Below, piece after piece: positions 1-10,187 of a stretch of DNA of 64,000 bases (its first letter is position 1; every line of letters begins with the position of its first letter). Location of the stretch: positions 1 to 64,000 of IMG/VR virus record IMGVR_UViG_3300039165_000048, one strand, 5' to 3'. The position numbers were made by a program, and so were the translations under genes. This stretch comes from a virus (taxonomy: Duplodnaviria; Caudoviricetes). The notes beneath the pieces were generated by a model. It was not told where the DNA came from, searched no databases, and was given only the letters and a program-made list of their open reading frames with translations.

Positions 1-633
1 ATACCTGTAAGAATCGACGTTTTGCGCATCGCCGCCATCTACATCCAAAAAGTACTTCATGAGCTTTTTCTTACTGATTTTGCCATCAGAAGTAGCCCAC
101 TCAATTAAATCTTGTTTGGCTTTTTCAGGTGTCCAAGCAACGTCAGCATCGTTCGGTTCATTAGGATAATCATTGATGGGATCAGTTTCTTCAATTACCA
201 TGTCACCAGAAGCGGTAGCATACGCAGAATTTTCCTTGATACCGAGAACGTCTTTCATGCCGTCGGTAAGCATTTCCACACCAAAGTTTTCTTTAGCGAG
301 ACTAGCAGCTCTTTCAGCTAACTTTTCATGCTCAACTCCAGTATGAGAACCCATTGCCGCAGAAAAAGCAGCCTGCAATCCTTCTAGGTCATATTCAGGT
401 TTACCATCTACTATCTTGCCAACAGGATAACTATAATCAGATTCTACTAAACCATCGCCGTCGACCTTCAAAAAATAATTTTCTATTTTTTCTTTTTGAA
501 GATTGCCTTCCTCATCTCTCGCAAAATCAAAAAGTTGACTTTTGCTTGTCGCACCGTCCCAACCATTTTCTTTGATAGGTGGATCTTCCTCGACAACCAT
601 ATCAACAATATCTTTTTTGGTAATTGCAATCAC
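1..633 (-). CDS. Repeat-domain head protein (possible scaffold or prohead-protease-associated), runs off the window edge
   Basis: Not in the ORF track; translated by hand from GTG633 (ATG600 is in frame): ...DMVVEEDPPIKENGWDGATSKSQLFDFARDEEGNLQKEKIENYFLKVDGDGLVESDYSYPVGKIVDGKPEYDLEGLQAAFSAAMG...IKENSAY...AWTPEKAKQDLIEWATSDGKISKKKLMKYFLDVDGGDAQNVDSYRY. Two tandem copies of a W..YFLxVDG..YxY domain. Same strand as, and downstream of, portal and MuF. Confidence 0.6.
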   Translation of the reverse strand, partial: MIAITKKDIVDMVVEEDPPIKENGWDGATSKSQLFDFARDEEGNLQKEKIENYFLKVDGDGLVESDYSYPVGKIVDGKPEYDLEGLQAAFSAAMGSHTGVEHEKLAERAASLAKENFGVEMLTDGMKDVLGIKENSAYATASGDMVIEETDPINDYPNEPNDADVAWTPEKAKQDLIEWATSDGKISKKKLMKYFLDVDGGDAQNVDSYRY

Positions 634-651
634 CTATAAACATTTATAAAC

Positions 652-925
652 GTTAATCAAAATAAATCAAGACTTTTCAATTTTACGAAATATATATAAG
701 GTTGTCGTTTATTTGGATTTCTTTGTTCTCTTTTTGGATTTTTTTTCTGGTTCATCCATAACCTTAATATTATTCATTTTCTTCGACATTTCCAGAAACT
801 GTTCATTGGTAACGTATTTCCAATCATCGTTTGCAAATATCCACATGGTTTTTATTCTCCTAGATTTTTTATATTAACATATAAAAGTTAATCAAAATAA
901 ATCAAGACTTTTCAATTTTACGAAA
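652..925. repeat. Exact 39-bp direct repeat (652-690 and 887-925)
   Basis: GTTAATCAAAATAAATCAAGACTTTTCAATTTTACGAAA occurs twice. On the minus strand each copy sits just upstream of a TATA-like box and a gene. Confidence 0.9.
709..846 (-). CDS. Small basic hypothetical protein (45 aa)
   Basis: MWIFANDDWKYVTNEQFLEMSKKMNNIKVMDEPEKKSKKRTKKSK with a GGAG RBS; below the ORF-track cutoff. Confidence 0.55.
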   Translation of the reverse strand: MWIFANDDWKYVTNEQFLEMSKKMNNIKVMDEPEKKSKKRTKKSK

Positions 926-1007
926 ATCTCGTGAGAATACCTATACACTTTAGTACTAAGATGAATCCGACCGTAAACTTTATATACTAAAACAACGTTT
1001 TATAATT

Positions 1008-1120
1008 GTCCCCCAAAACATCAGAAGGAACGACACAAGGAACAACACCAATCTTTGTGTCATTCTTTTGATAAGGGACCGATTTTTCTATCCAGTTGGT
1101 CGCTTTCTGTTATTTTTTTT
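1008..1120 (+). ncRNA. Putative small structured RNA (hairpin family member 1)
   Basis: TATA box TTTATATA at 979-986; stems GTCCC/GGGAC, ATCAGAAGGAA/TTCTTTTGAT and GACACAAGGA/TCTTTGTGTC; followed by a T-rich tract; no ORF. Confidence 0.55.
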
Positions 1121-1322
1121 AAAATTATTATTTGCTTCCACTAGTAGAACCCATCAACAAAAATACTTATATACTAGGACGTATAACTACTCCTTAGAGG
1201 TATAATAAGATGTCTGATGAAGTACGACATTTATTGGGGAAGTTAGAAATGTCTTGAAACGTGGCATACAACGATCAATGTATTGTAGGATTTTTAATTA
1301 ATTTTTTATTTTTTTATGGCCT

Positions 1323-1361
1323 ACCAAAAACTATATATTCTTAGAAGTACTAGTAGTACTT
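1323..1361 (+). promoter_or_regulatory. Archaeal BRE-TATA promoter with palindromic operator AAGTACTAGTAGTACTT
   Basis: ACCAAAAACTATATATT, then a 17-bp palindrome at 1345-1361, then a GAGGTGA RBS before ATG1380. Confidence 0.7.
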
Positions 1362-1379
1362 GGTAAAAAGAGGTGACTT

Positions 1380-3194
1380 ATGTACGGACTAGGAAATATA
1401 GATCTACAAAAATATAATCCATTCCCGAGTTTTCAGTCTGGACAAGCAGAAGCAATAGCCCAGATATTAGGCCACTTTGAGAATGGCCAGAAAGTAGTTG
1501 AGCTTAATGCACCCACCGCTGCTGGTAAGAGCCTAGACCTATTTGTATTGGGCAGGATACTCAGCGAAAAGATGGGTGTTCGGGTAGTTTACACCACGCC
1601 ACTAGTAGCATTAGTCAACCAGCTTGAAAACGAGCCTGCTTTTGGTGCCATGCCAGTCCTGAAAGGCAAGCGTAATTACTTTTGCGGTCCGATGTCCGAA
1701 GTACTTGGCCGGGACATAACAGCGGATGACTGTCCATACGAGAGCTGGGAAGACGCAATCGAAGACTGCTCAAGCTGTGCTCAGTGTCAGTACAGGATAG
1801 CCTACAAGAAGTTCATGGACAGAGGATTTGGGGCCACAACATTAGCTCGCTACCAGATGCCCGGAGCCGTTCGCGACGAAACCGTAATCCTTTTAGTAGA
1901 TGAAAGTGCGGGCTTAGAAAAGGTCCTAATAGACAGAGCCACCCTTAAGATCCCGGACAGGATTAACTTGAACAATTTGTCCGAGAACTTGAGAAGGTAC
2001 TACCACGAATTGGAAGTCGAAATCGAGAAGTTAACACGGGAGGTTAGCCTAGAAAAGGACTTAGCCAGAAAGGTAGCCTTAAACCAGGAAAAGAACAAGC
2101 TCGGTCGTGAATCCAGGAAGTGTGTTAAGGTCCTAGCCCACATAGAAAAAGGCCACCCATACATAATAGACCGCGAGCGAAAGTTCCGGTTGTTAGATGG
2201 CAGATCCGAATTCGAGGACATGATTGAAGGACTACAATATGTAGTACTGGCATCAGGGACACCCACGACCCAGATATTAACCGAAAACTATAAGTCCGTG
2301 GTTATACAGCACCCGATCCCAGTTGAACGCCGGATCTGTTACTACGATCCAGTTGGGTCCATGAACTTTAAGGAAAGACAAACAACAGCACCAAAGATGG
2401 CCCAGAGGATCAATGAGTTACATGAACGGTTCGGCAAGAAAACCATGGTACACTGCGGTGCCTACGTAGTGGCCCAAATGATCTATGATAGTATGCCAAA
2501 CAAGGACATTTGCATACTACAGGATCAATCTGACAGGGAAGGCAGCAAAAACAAGTTCTTGACAACAGAAGGCCAGGCAATCTTCTTGTCCGTGAACTTC
2601 GAGGAAGGCTTAGACCTCAAGGGGCCAGAATACCCATTAAACATAATAGCCAAGTTGACCTTTGAGAACATTGCAGACGAATTCATAAAGGCCAGAAACG
2701 AGCGAGACAACTACAAGAGATACAATTTAAATACTGCAGTTGCTACTATGCAGGCTGCAGGACGGTGTACAAGGTCCGTTAAAGACTACTCCGAAACATA
2801 CATCTTGGATGCAAGCTGGCAGGGATTCTTCAATCGCAATAAAAGACTATTACAGCCTTGGTTCATAGCGAGTTTAAGAATAGGGAACCCGGAAGAAGTT
2901 AAGATAGAAAAGATTGAAACACCAAAAATAGAAATCAATACAGAAAACCAAAAACGACAAGAACAGCCAAAATACGGACAACTTGAAAAAGCCCTTATAT
3001 ACTTAGCAGGGAGGTGCGACGGTGCAATAAAACAAGACGGACAAGGCTTCAATGGTAGAGACACCGAGTTCGGGCACTCGTTAGCGGACCAGATACTAAG
3101 AGGCAGAACACTGAGTCCGAAACAGAGGTCCGCAGCTGAGAGAATGGTTAAGACCTACAAAAAGCAATTAGAAAAGGGTGGCATAATATTATAA
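1380..3194 (+). CDS. DinG/XPD-like SF2 helicase with C-terminal extension
   Basis: Q motif (FQSGQ), Walker A NAPTAAGKS, Cys cluster, variant Walker B LVDES, SGT, EGLDL, motif VI QAAGRCTR, YILD; extra C-terminal CDGA..DGQGFN domain. Confidence 0.85.
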   Translation: MYGLGNIDLQKYNPFPSFQSGQAEAIAQILGHFENGQKVVELNAPTAAGKSLDLFVLGRILSEKMGVRVVYTTPLVALVNQLENEPAFGAMPVLKGKRNYFCGPMSEVLGRDITADDCPYESWEDAIEDCSSCAQCQYRIAYKKFMDRGFGATTLARYQMPGAVRDETVILLVDESAGLEKVLIDRATLKIPDRINLNNLSENLRRYYHELEVEIEKLTREVSLEKDLARKVALNQEKNKLGRESRKCVKVLAHIEKGHPYIIDRERKFRLLDGRSEFEDMIEGLQYVVLASGTPTTQILTENYKSVVIQHPIPVERRICYYDPVGSMNFKERQTTAPKMAQRINELHERFGKKTMVHCGAYVVAQMIYDSMPNKDICILQDQSDREGSKNKFLTTEGQAIFLSVNFEEGLDLKGPEYPLNIIAKLTFENIADEFIKARNERDNYKRYNLNTAVATMQAAGRCTRSVKDYSETYILDASWQGFFNRNKRLLQPWFIASLRIGNPEEVKIEKIETPKIEINTENQKRQEQPKYGQLEKALIYLAGRCDGAIKQDGQGFNGRDTEFGHSLADQILRGRTLSPKQRSAAERMVKTYKKQLEKGGIIL

Positions 3195-3274
3195 TGCCAC
3201 CAAAACTTATTACTAGTAGTACATGAGGTGAAGTAACAACATGAAACCAATCACTTTTTTGGATGTGAGGATAT

Positions 3275-3472
3275 ATGACCTTACTTCCATGTGGTAAATG
3301 CTGGAACGTTCGATATTGTGAGGCCTTTAGTGAATGGTATTGCGCGAAGTACCATACGTTTCTGGGATATAGTACAAGTCCATATAAGTGCCGACAATGT
3401 GATGTAATTGGGATAGTTGGTGACACAACGTTGCTGAAAGCCCTTTGGAATATGATAATGGAAGAAGATTAG
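3275..3472 (+). CDS. Small Cys-rich (Zn-finger-like) protein
   Basis: CGKC...C..C..CRQC; GTGAGG RBS. Confidence 0.5.
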   Translation: MTLLPCGKCWNVRYCEAFSEWYCAKYHTFLGYSTSPYKCRQCDVIGIVGDTTLLKALWNMIMEED

Positions 3473-3564
3473 CGGTTATTTTTCTTTATCTTCTTCCTGT
3501 TCGGGGCCAAGACGCAATATTTTTATAGACTTTTCATTATTTTCAATAAATTTATTATCTTTTT

Positions 3565-6500
3565 TCATACAATCGCCTTTATAGTAGTTATTTTAACATG
3601 TTTCGCAGATCTATCTTTATACGATCCATTGTTCGGTGGTATAATGTCAGTATATCGTGTTTCTACAACTTTGAACTTGGTTCCACGATTCACTAAAATT
3701 TCAAACTCGTTTGGTAATCCGCTTTCTTCTGCAATAAATAAAGCCTTTGTACCGCTAGGCAATTGCAATTCTAATAATCTACCCATTCTTCCATTTTCAT
3801 CTGTTGTGAAGTTATTTGCCATGAATGGTAATGCTGACGTTGAACTAAAGCATGGAAACTCAATTTCTGATCCAGGAGTATCCAACGCATTTACTAACTC
3901 CGGATATTTTGATAATGTTTTATTAGATATTCCCCTATACGTAACTAATGGCTCCGATAAGTCGGAATTAGTAAATAATTTATCTAATTTTTCTATGAGT
4001 TGTTTTGATTCTTTTACAATAGCTTTATCAAATACATCATTACTATTTTCCATGTCTTTCATGGAACCATTTAAATATTCGTTTATTTGATGAAATCTAC
4101 CACCACTATACATAGTTAGTACATGGCGGTCATTTTTACTAAATTTTTTAAGTGGTTCCGCTGCTTTATTTAGTGATGCTTGTATCTGTTTGTTGGCTTC
4201 AATATCTTGAGGAGAGGAAAAATCGTGATCGGCTTTGAAACCAATGAATGTTTCCGAAGTGTGTTTTGAATCAGATGTATTGCTTTTTTCTTGCTCTTCC
4301 GGATTACACTTGTTGGAATCATCGACGGTTCCCTTTGGACACTTATAATTGAGTTTTATTGTTTCAAAAGCATCAGATAGGTAAGAGGAATTTTGTTTTT
4401 CTATAATAGATTCTACATCCCCAGGAACCCAGATTTCACCAGCGCCACTTAAACTAGGTATGATTTCATTAGTAGGAACTTCGTATTCATAAATGCTTTC
4501 TACGCCCATGCGCTTTTGATAGGCTTCTGCGACTTGTTTGTTTGGGAAAAAACTATTTGTCATGCCAGTTTTGGCTCGTCCAACTCTGTATAAAGTAGTT
4601 TTTTCCGGTATATCTAGTCCAAAGTGTTCGTGTAGTAAATAAGACTTGAGAAGTTTGTTGTTTTGTACAACACTTATAGCATCTTCACGAGCTTCTGGTT
4701 CTATGTTTCTTAACCATTTATCACCTAACTTATTAAATAAATTGTATTCTGGACTGCCTTCTACCTTTTCTTTTATCATGTCATATATTTCTGGATCGAC
4801 TTTCCAAAGTCTTGCATAAAATTCTAAACCATTTTCGGACTTGTTGTTTGATGATATAGGAAACATAGTAATATTTTTATGTTCATTACCAGAACTTCCT
4901 CCGCATGATCCTGGACCACTTCCAATTTTTTCAGAGTCCGGACAGTTATAATTCAGCTTGATGGTCTCAAAGGCATTAGCTAGGTAAGAGGAATCTTGTT
5001 TAGATTGATTTTGTTTATTATATGGTATAATTTCCCATACAACATTTGATTTATATGTGGAAGCATTTCCTCTGTATACATTATTATTATATTTATTATC
5101 AACAATTTCGAAATATCCTTCAACCATACTAACAGGTCTTCCGATATATACTTCTGTTATTGATTCATCCGAAATTTTTCCACGTATTCCTATTTCGCCT
5201 TCTGTAGTGCCCTTTTCATGATTTCCAGGATCTTTAATTTTAATCATAATAGCAGGTTTGTCTATTGTTGGTGCATATTGCCAAGGTGCGAATCCAGATG
5301 CATAATTAGCGGCAGTACTTTTTTCATCCGAAAAAAATGTCATATCGCCTTGAAAATCAAAATTATATTGTGCCTCTGTTTTTATATAACCATTATTTTT
5401 AATGCCTTCAAATTCTTCATAAGACATACCCCTAAATAAATAGCCTTTCTCTTTGCCGGAAGGTAACTTCATTTGATTTTCTATTTCTGGATTAATTGGT
5501 ATAACAACAGTACTTTTTCCATTTCCGAATGGAATTTCTTTCATATATGTTGGATCATACCAAATATTTTTATCATCCAATGCATCTTTTTTGTTTTTCC
5601 ATTCAATTGGTATTTTTTTTGGAATTACCCTTATTTTATATACTGTATCATACATACCTTGTTTTTTTTCTGTTTTAAATTTAAATTCATTTCTAGATAC
5701 CGCCTGTTTTGCTGATTCAAATTCCTTGCCCAATTTCAAATCTTGCGGAACACCATCAAATATTGGTTTTTCGGGTTCGTGTTTTTCATTTGGTTTGTTT
5801 CCTCCACAGCTTCCAGGTCCTGATCCAATCTTTTCTGAGTCCGGGCAGTTATAGTTAAGTTTCATGAAGTTAGTAACATCTTCCAAATATTCAGAATTTT
5901 GTTTCTGTTCATTAGTTTTTATATGAGCATTATACTCCAAATATAATCGATCATCATCCGCCGGTCTAATATATACTTGATCAATTACAATTGTTTGGTC
6001 ACGTCCTATTAAATATTCATCTATTTTTCCACCCAATTCGTCTTCAAGTCCTGTATAATCTGCTATTCGAATTGCTGGAGTGCCTTTTGGCACAATTAAA
6101 TTAATCAAGCCAGTTACGCCATATTTACTAATATCTCGGGACGGAGCAAGAAATCTATTCATAGTATTTTCTTTGTCACTACCAGTTGATAAATATGCTT
6201 TTTCCGTGTACTCATAACCAACTAATTTTTCTCGAATTTTATCTATCAGTTTATGATTTTTTATGAAATCTTCTAGGGTTAAACTTTCTTTTCCGAACGT
6301 ATCTTTAAATATGTTTGTTAATCCGGTCTTTTCAAACGCATCTGATGATATACCAGCGCTGTCTGCTCTAAATACCAATTTATCTGACTTTAATGGATTA
6401 TTTTCCATTTCAGAATCAATTGTTTTTATCATGTTCTGTATATTTTTAGTTTGCTGAGGATTTTGTTTAACATGATTAGTTTTTCTTAAATAATCGTTTA

Positions 6501-7644
6501 TAGCAGTGTATGCATAATTTTGATAGTCAGACAAAGCTTTATATGGTGTTATGGGTTCGGGATCAGTGACGATATCGTTAGTAATCTTTGCGTTGTCTGG
6601 GTTACGCAATTTTTCTTTCTCTAATTCTAAATCGAGTTCTTTCTGAATACTTTTATATTGCTCATAGGCTTCATCGAAAGTAGATTTTCCTTCCGAAACA
6701 GATTTCTCTAGTTCACGTATCTTATTTTTAAGCGTAGATACTTTATCTAGGTTAGAAGTATTGCCGCCAGAACAACTACCTGGACCCGATCCTATTTTCT
6801 CGTCGTCTGGACAGTTATAGTTAAGCTTTATTGTGTTTACCACATCGTCCAAGTATGCACTATCTTCTTTCATTTCGTTATAATCATCCTCTGAATACGT
6901 AACCATTGAACACCTGCATTGCGGGTGTCCCGTTGCAGTCATTTCTCCGTTACTAAAAGGTTCATTTATAGGCACGGTTTCCATGTCGTGTGACATACAC
7001 AAATCACAGCTACGTTCGTCACCAACTGCCCGCCATTGTTTGTATTTGTGATCGGCGATTTTGGCACGTTCCAATACCCCATTATATTCTGCAAGGTGGC
7101 GCTCACTTCGATAAATGTTTTCTAGCCGTGATTTACTAACTGGATATGAATCTTGAAATTCTTTTGAAAATGCATCAGGACCCTTGCCCCAATTATTTAT
7201 TAGGTCCTGTTTCATACTATTTAAATCTGTTTTTGTTAACGATTTACATAATTCGAGGCCATGTTCTGCAAAATATTTTTGTGCAAAATTTACAATTTGT
7301 TTTGGATCGGGAGCAGGTTCTTGTACGGTAACAACGGGTTGTGGTACAGACGGTTTTCCTGACATGCCGTTAATGATTCCAGGTAGTATAAATGGAGTAA
7401 AAATAGTTAACCATAATTTGTAATTCTTTGATATTAATTTGGGGGTTATGTCTTCTTGAAGTTCGTTCCATATATCCAATAAATCTTCTGGAATATCATC
7501 GATATTGATATCAATATTATTTTGTATATCATTGAGTTTTTCTTGGAAGCTTTTAGATTTAGATATTGGCGATAATGGGACTTTGGGAATTGTTTTTATA
7601 GTGTTTGGTACTATTTTAATCGGCTTTTTGGTGGTGGCTGGCAT
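3565..7644 (-). CDS. MuF/SPP1 gp7-like minor head protein fused to four ADP-ribosyltransferase-like domains
   Basis: MuF signature KQWRAVGDERSCDLC...HPQCRCS. Four repeated linkers K[EQ][DN]SxYL...KLNY[NK]CP. Domains 1 and 4 are VIP2-like (domain 4: INEYL, YRG, FSSTS, EFEILVNRG). Domains 2 and 3 have divergent R-S-E-like motifs (LFRGMS..FFS..GEI; LYRVG..SFF..GEIWV). Start set at ATG7644 because of a GAGGA RBS; the track start is 7668. Confidence 0.85.
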   Translation of the reverse strand: MPATTKKPIKIVPNTIKTIPKVPLSPISKSKSFQEKLNDIQNNIDINIDDIPEDLLDIWNELQEDITPKLISKNYKLWLTIFTPFILPGIINGMSGKPSVPQPVVTVQEPAPDPKQIVNFAQKYFAEHGLELCKSLTKTDLNSMKQDLINNWGKGPDAFSKEFQDSYPVSKSRLENIYRSERHLAEYNGVLERAKIADHKYKQWRAVGDERSCDLCMSHDMETVPINEPFSNGEMTATGHPQCRCSMVTYSEDDYNEMKEDSAYLDDVVNTIKLNYNCPDDEKIGSGPGSCSGGNTSNLDKVSTLKNKIRELEKSVSEGKSTFDEAYEQYKSIQKELDLELEKEKLRNPDNAKITNDIVTDPEPITPYKALSDYQNYAYTAINDYLRKTNHVKQNPQQTKNIQNMIKTIDSEMENNPLKSDKLVFRADSAGISSDAFEKTGLTNIFKDTFGKESLTLEDFIKNHKLIDKIREKLVGYEYTEKAYLSTGSDKENTMNRFLAPSRDISKYGVTGLINLIVPKGTPAIRIADYTGLEDELGGKIDEYLIGRDQTIVIDQVYIRPADDDRLYLEYNAHIKTNEQKQNSEYLEDVTNFMKLNYNCPDSEKIGSGPGSCGGNKPNEKHEPEKPIFDGVPQDLKLGKEFESAKQAVSRNEFKFKTEKKQGMYDTVYKIRVIPKKIPIEWKNKKDALDDKNIWYDPTYMKEIPFGNGKSTVVIPINPEIENQMKLPSGKEKGYLFRGMSYEEFEGIKNNGYIKTEAQYNFDFQGDMTFFSDEKSTAANYASGFAPWQYAPTIDKPAIMIKIKDPGNHEKGTTEGEIGIRGKISDESITEVYIGRPVSMVEGYFEIVDNKYNNNVYRGNASTYKSNVVWEIIPYNKQNQSKQDSSYLANAFETIKLNYNCPDSEKIGSGPGSCGGSSGNEHKNITMFPISSNNKSENGLEFYARLWKVDPEIYDMIKEKVEGSPEYNLFNKLGDKWLRNIEPEAREDAISVVQNNKLLKSYLLHEHFGLDIPEKTTLYRVGRAKTGMTNSFFPNKQVAEAYQKRMGVESIYEYEVPTNEIIPSLSGAGEIWVPGDVESIIEKQNSSYLSDAFETIKLNYKCPKGTVDDSNKCNPEEQEKSNTSDSKHTSETFIGFKADHDFSSPQDIEANKQIQASLNKAAEPLKKFSKNDRHVLTMYSGGRFHQINEYLNGSMKDMENSNDVFDKAIVKESKQLIEKLDKLFTNSDLSEPLVTYRGISNKTLSKYPELVNALDTPGSEIEFPCFSSTSALPFMANNFTTDENGRMGRLLELQLPSGTKALFIAEESGLPNEFEILVNRGTKFKVVETRYTDIIPPNNGSYKDRSAKHVKITTIKAIV

Positions 7645-7793
7645 ACTGTCCTCAAAAAAATAATACAATCAAAGTATTGTTTTATAACGTTCGGTATTAT
7701 ATTTTTCTTTTTTATTTTTATTATATACGACTATGTTATTATTATTTAAAATTGTTATTCCGTCAACTTCGTTATCTTCTAAAAGTAACTTCA

Positions 7794-9056
7794 TTATATC
7801 GCCTTCCAGTGAATTATCCTATATTTATCATTTTCTTCTATGTTTTCTATTTTAAATTGTTGACCAGTATTTAATAATATTTCCTCTTCATAATAATTTG
7901 AATTAAGATGCTTAGTCATATCCATAGCAGGTGTACCTTTTGGTATTTCACATTTTATTATATTTATTTTAGAATCTTTATTTTTCTGATTTGTTATCGC
8001 AAAATCATATGCAACAGCAATATTTTTAGAAGTTGAAGTAAAACGAGAACATTTGATTTCTGATCCAATTTTCATGCCCTTGGACACTAATTTATCATAA
8101 GCAGAATCCGAAATACCACGAAATGTGATAACATTATTTTCAATTTTATTTGAATTTATTATAGAACTTAATCTATTTATAAATTCAACACATTTTTTAG
8201 GTTGATTTTTTGAGTCTATAGTTCTATTAACTGTTTCATAATGTTCACTAGAATAATATTCTAATATACAATCAGTATCCCAATTTTTAATAGGAACGTA
8301 ACTATATCTTTTTTGTAGTGGTTCTAGTTCATTCAATATTACAATTTCTTTTTTTTCTGCGATTTTAGGATCTTTTTCATTTTTATATATTGTACTTATC
8401 TTGTTTTCTAGTTCTTTTATTTTAGTTTCTCTTTCTTTTTTCATATCTTCTTGGTATTTTTTTAATGGATCTAACTTGGGATTATCCAATATAAATTGTT
8501 GACGGTGTATTGGATTAGTTATTTGAGATATCTCATTAAGTTCGGAGGTTATTCTATCGATAGTCTTATTAGTATGAGGTTTTGATTCATTATCTGCAAA
8601 ATTTGTTTTTGATTTTTTATTTTTTTCTTTGATTTCGTTGTAAGTGTCTTTCTGGTGATTCAAGTTATTAAATTCTTTTAATGCAAGATCTTTAATATTT
8701 TTTAACTTTTTATACTCATTTGATGTAGTATCATAATTGTGTTCATTCAGATATTTATTTTCTTCTTTGAAAGCCTTTGAATATATAGATTTTGCTATTT
8801 CTAGTTTAGAATTTAAGTTATCATAATCTTTTTTTGTTATTTTTGAAGTATTTTTAGGCACCGATTTACTTTTGCTAGAAGGTAACTTTTCTTTTTGTTG
8901 TTTTTCATAATTCTTCTTAGCTTCTTCTGGCGTTTTGCCGCAACTAAAAGAACCTTCTTCAACGGTGCCTTCCTTGCATTTATAATTAAGCTTGATGCTA
9001 AATGGTTCCAGGTCTAGTTGATAAAAGGCACCTTTCTTACCAAGGAATTTATACAT
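7794..9056 (-). CDS. VIP2-like ADP-ribosyltransferase with shared N-terminal leader
   Basis: Leader MYKFLGKKGAFYQLDLEP..IKLNYKC; coiled-coil middle; C-terminal TFRGIS, FTSTS, PKGT, EEEILL. Confidence 0.85.
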   Translation of the reverse strand: MYKFLGKKGAFYQLDLEPFSIKLNYKCKEGTVEEGSFSCGKTPEEAKKNYEKQQKEKLPSSKSKSVPKNTSKITKKDYDNLNSKLEIAKSIYSKAFKEENKYLNEHNYDTTSNEYKKLKNIKDLALKEFNNLNHQKDTYNEIKEKNKKSKTNFADNESKPHTNKTIDRITSELNEISQITNPIHRQQFILDNPKLDPLKKYQEDMKKERETKIKELENKISTIYKNEKDPKIAEKKEIVILNELEPLQKRYSYVPIKNWDTDCILEYYSSEHYETVNRTIDSKNQPKKCVEFINRLSSIINSNKIENNVITFRGISDSAYDKLVSKGMKIGSEIKCSRFTSTSKNIAVAYDFAITNQKNKDSKINIIKCEIPKGTPAMDMTKHLNSNYYEEEILLNTGQQFKIENIEENDKYRIIHWKAI

Positions 9057-9061
9057 TGTGT

Positions 9062-9172
9062 TTACTCCAAAAATTTTTCAGGAACATTTTTTAATGTCAA
9101 TATTTCTAATTGAGACGGTACACCAAAACCCAGGAAATACATCTTACCCGGTTTACCAAGAAATTTATACAT
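9062..9172 (-). CDS. 36-aa leader-only mini-ORF of the ART cassette family
   Basis: MYKFLGKPGKMYFLGFGVPSQLEILTLKNVPEKFLE; GGAGG RBS; first 12 aa match the ART leaders. Confidence 0.6.
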   Translation of the reverse strand: MYKFLGKPGKMYFLGFGVPSQLEILTLKNVPEKFLE

Positions 9173-9218
9173 TTTATTCCTCCGGAACCTTATATACATA
9201 ATTATTTCCTCATTATTT

Positions 9219-10169
9219 TCATAAATGAGCTTCTAATATTATATGAGATACTGATCCTACTTTTTTGTTATTCAAAACGCTAAATCTCATATTTCTGTTT
9301 AACGTAATTTCTTTTTCTGATTTATATTGGTCATCTCTAGTATAATTTTCTATTGATAACGCTTTACTACCTTTTGGTAGGCGTATTTCTAACATAGCAG
9401 AATTTTCACCTTTCGCAAATGTTGATGCCATATTTTTATCAGGTGTAGTAGGTATAAAGGATTCTAATTTAAATTCTGATCCTTCAACTAATTTATCTGA
9501 TAAATTTTTAAAAACATTACTATTTATTCCTCGATATACTGTTGTGGCTTCCGGTAACTCTACTTTTCTAAATATATTGTCCATATTATTAATTATATTC
9601 TTTACTTCCTTTTCATCATACATAGATTCTTCGTCTATTTTCCCAGTACGTAAATATGAATTAATGTCTTTGGAATCAACACTATAACTTTTAATAGCAT
9701 CTTTTTGATTGTTTGTTAATTTTGAAAATAACTTATCTGAATATTTAATTAATGTAATTGGTGTTTCTCCTGAGGTCGCTTTGTTAGCAATATCAGAAAC
9801 GTTTGAATGTTTATCTGGTCCAGTTGTTTTATTGGATTCCAGTTTATTGTTTTTATTCAATTTTTCAATTTCTTTTTCTAGTGCTAGTTTTTTTCTAACG
9901 TATGATTCATAGAGTTTTTGACCTTTTCCTTTATCCCACATTTTTGGTCTAGCGATAAGCATTTTTCGTTCGATTACGGCATATTCAGCTTTAGCAGAAG
10001 AAAGTTGTGCTGCAATATCCGACCCTGTTTCAATATCTGATCCGCCACAAGAGCCAGGTCCCGATCCGGATTTTTCTGAATCAGGACAGTTATAATTAAG
10101 CTTTATGCGAATTGGTTCCAGGTCTAGTTGATAAAAGGCACCTTTCTTGCCAAGGAACTTATATAACAA
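9219..10169 (-). CDS. VIP2-like ADP-ribosyltransferase with shared N-terminal leader
   Basis: Leader YKFLGKKGAFYQLDLEP..IKLNYNCPDSEKSGSGPGSCGG; INSYLR, VYRGI, FIPTT (variant STS), LPKGSKAL, EKEITLNR. Confidence 0.85.
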   Translation of the reverse strand: MLYKFLGKKGAFYQLDLEPIRIKLNYNCPDSEKSGSGPGSCGGSDIETGSDIAAQLSSAKAEYAVIERKMLIARPKMWDKGKGQKLYESYVRKKLALEKEIEKLNKNNKLESNKTTGPDKHSNVSDIANKATSGETPITLIKYSDKLFSKLTNNQKDAIKSYSVDSKDINSYLRTGKIDEESMYDEKEVKNIINNMDNIFRKVELPEATTVYRGINSNVFKNLSDKLVEGSEFKLESFIPTTPDKNMASTFAKGENSAMLEIRLPKGSKALSIENYTRDDQYKSEKEITLNRNMRFSVLNNKKVGSVSHIILEAHL

Positions 10170-10187
10170 TTATTATCACTACCTAAG

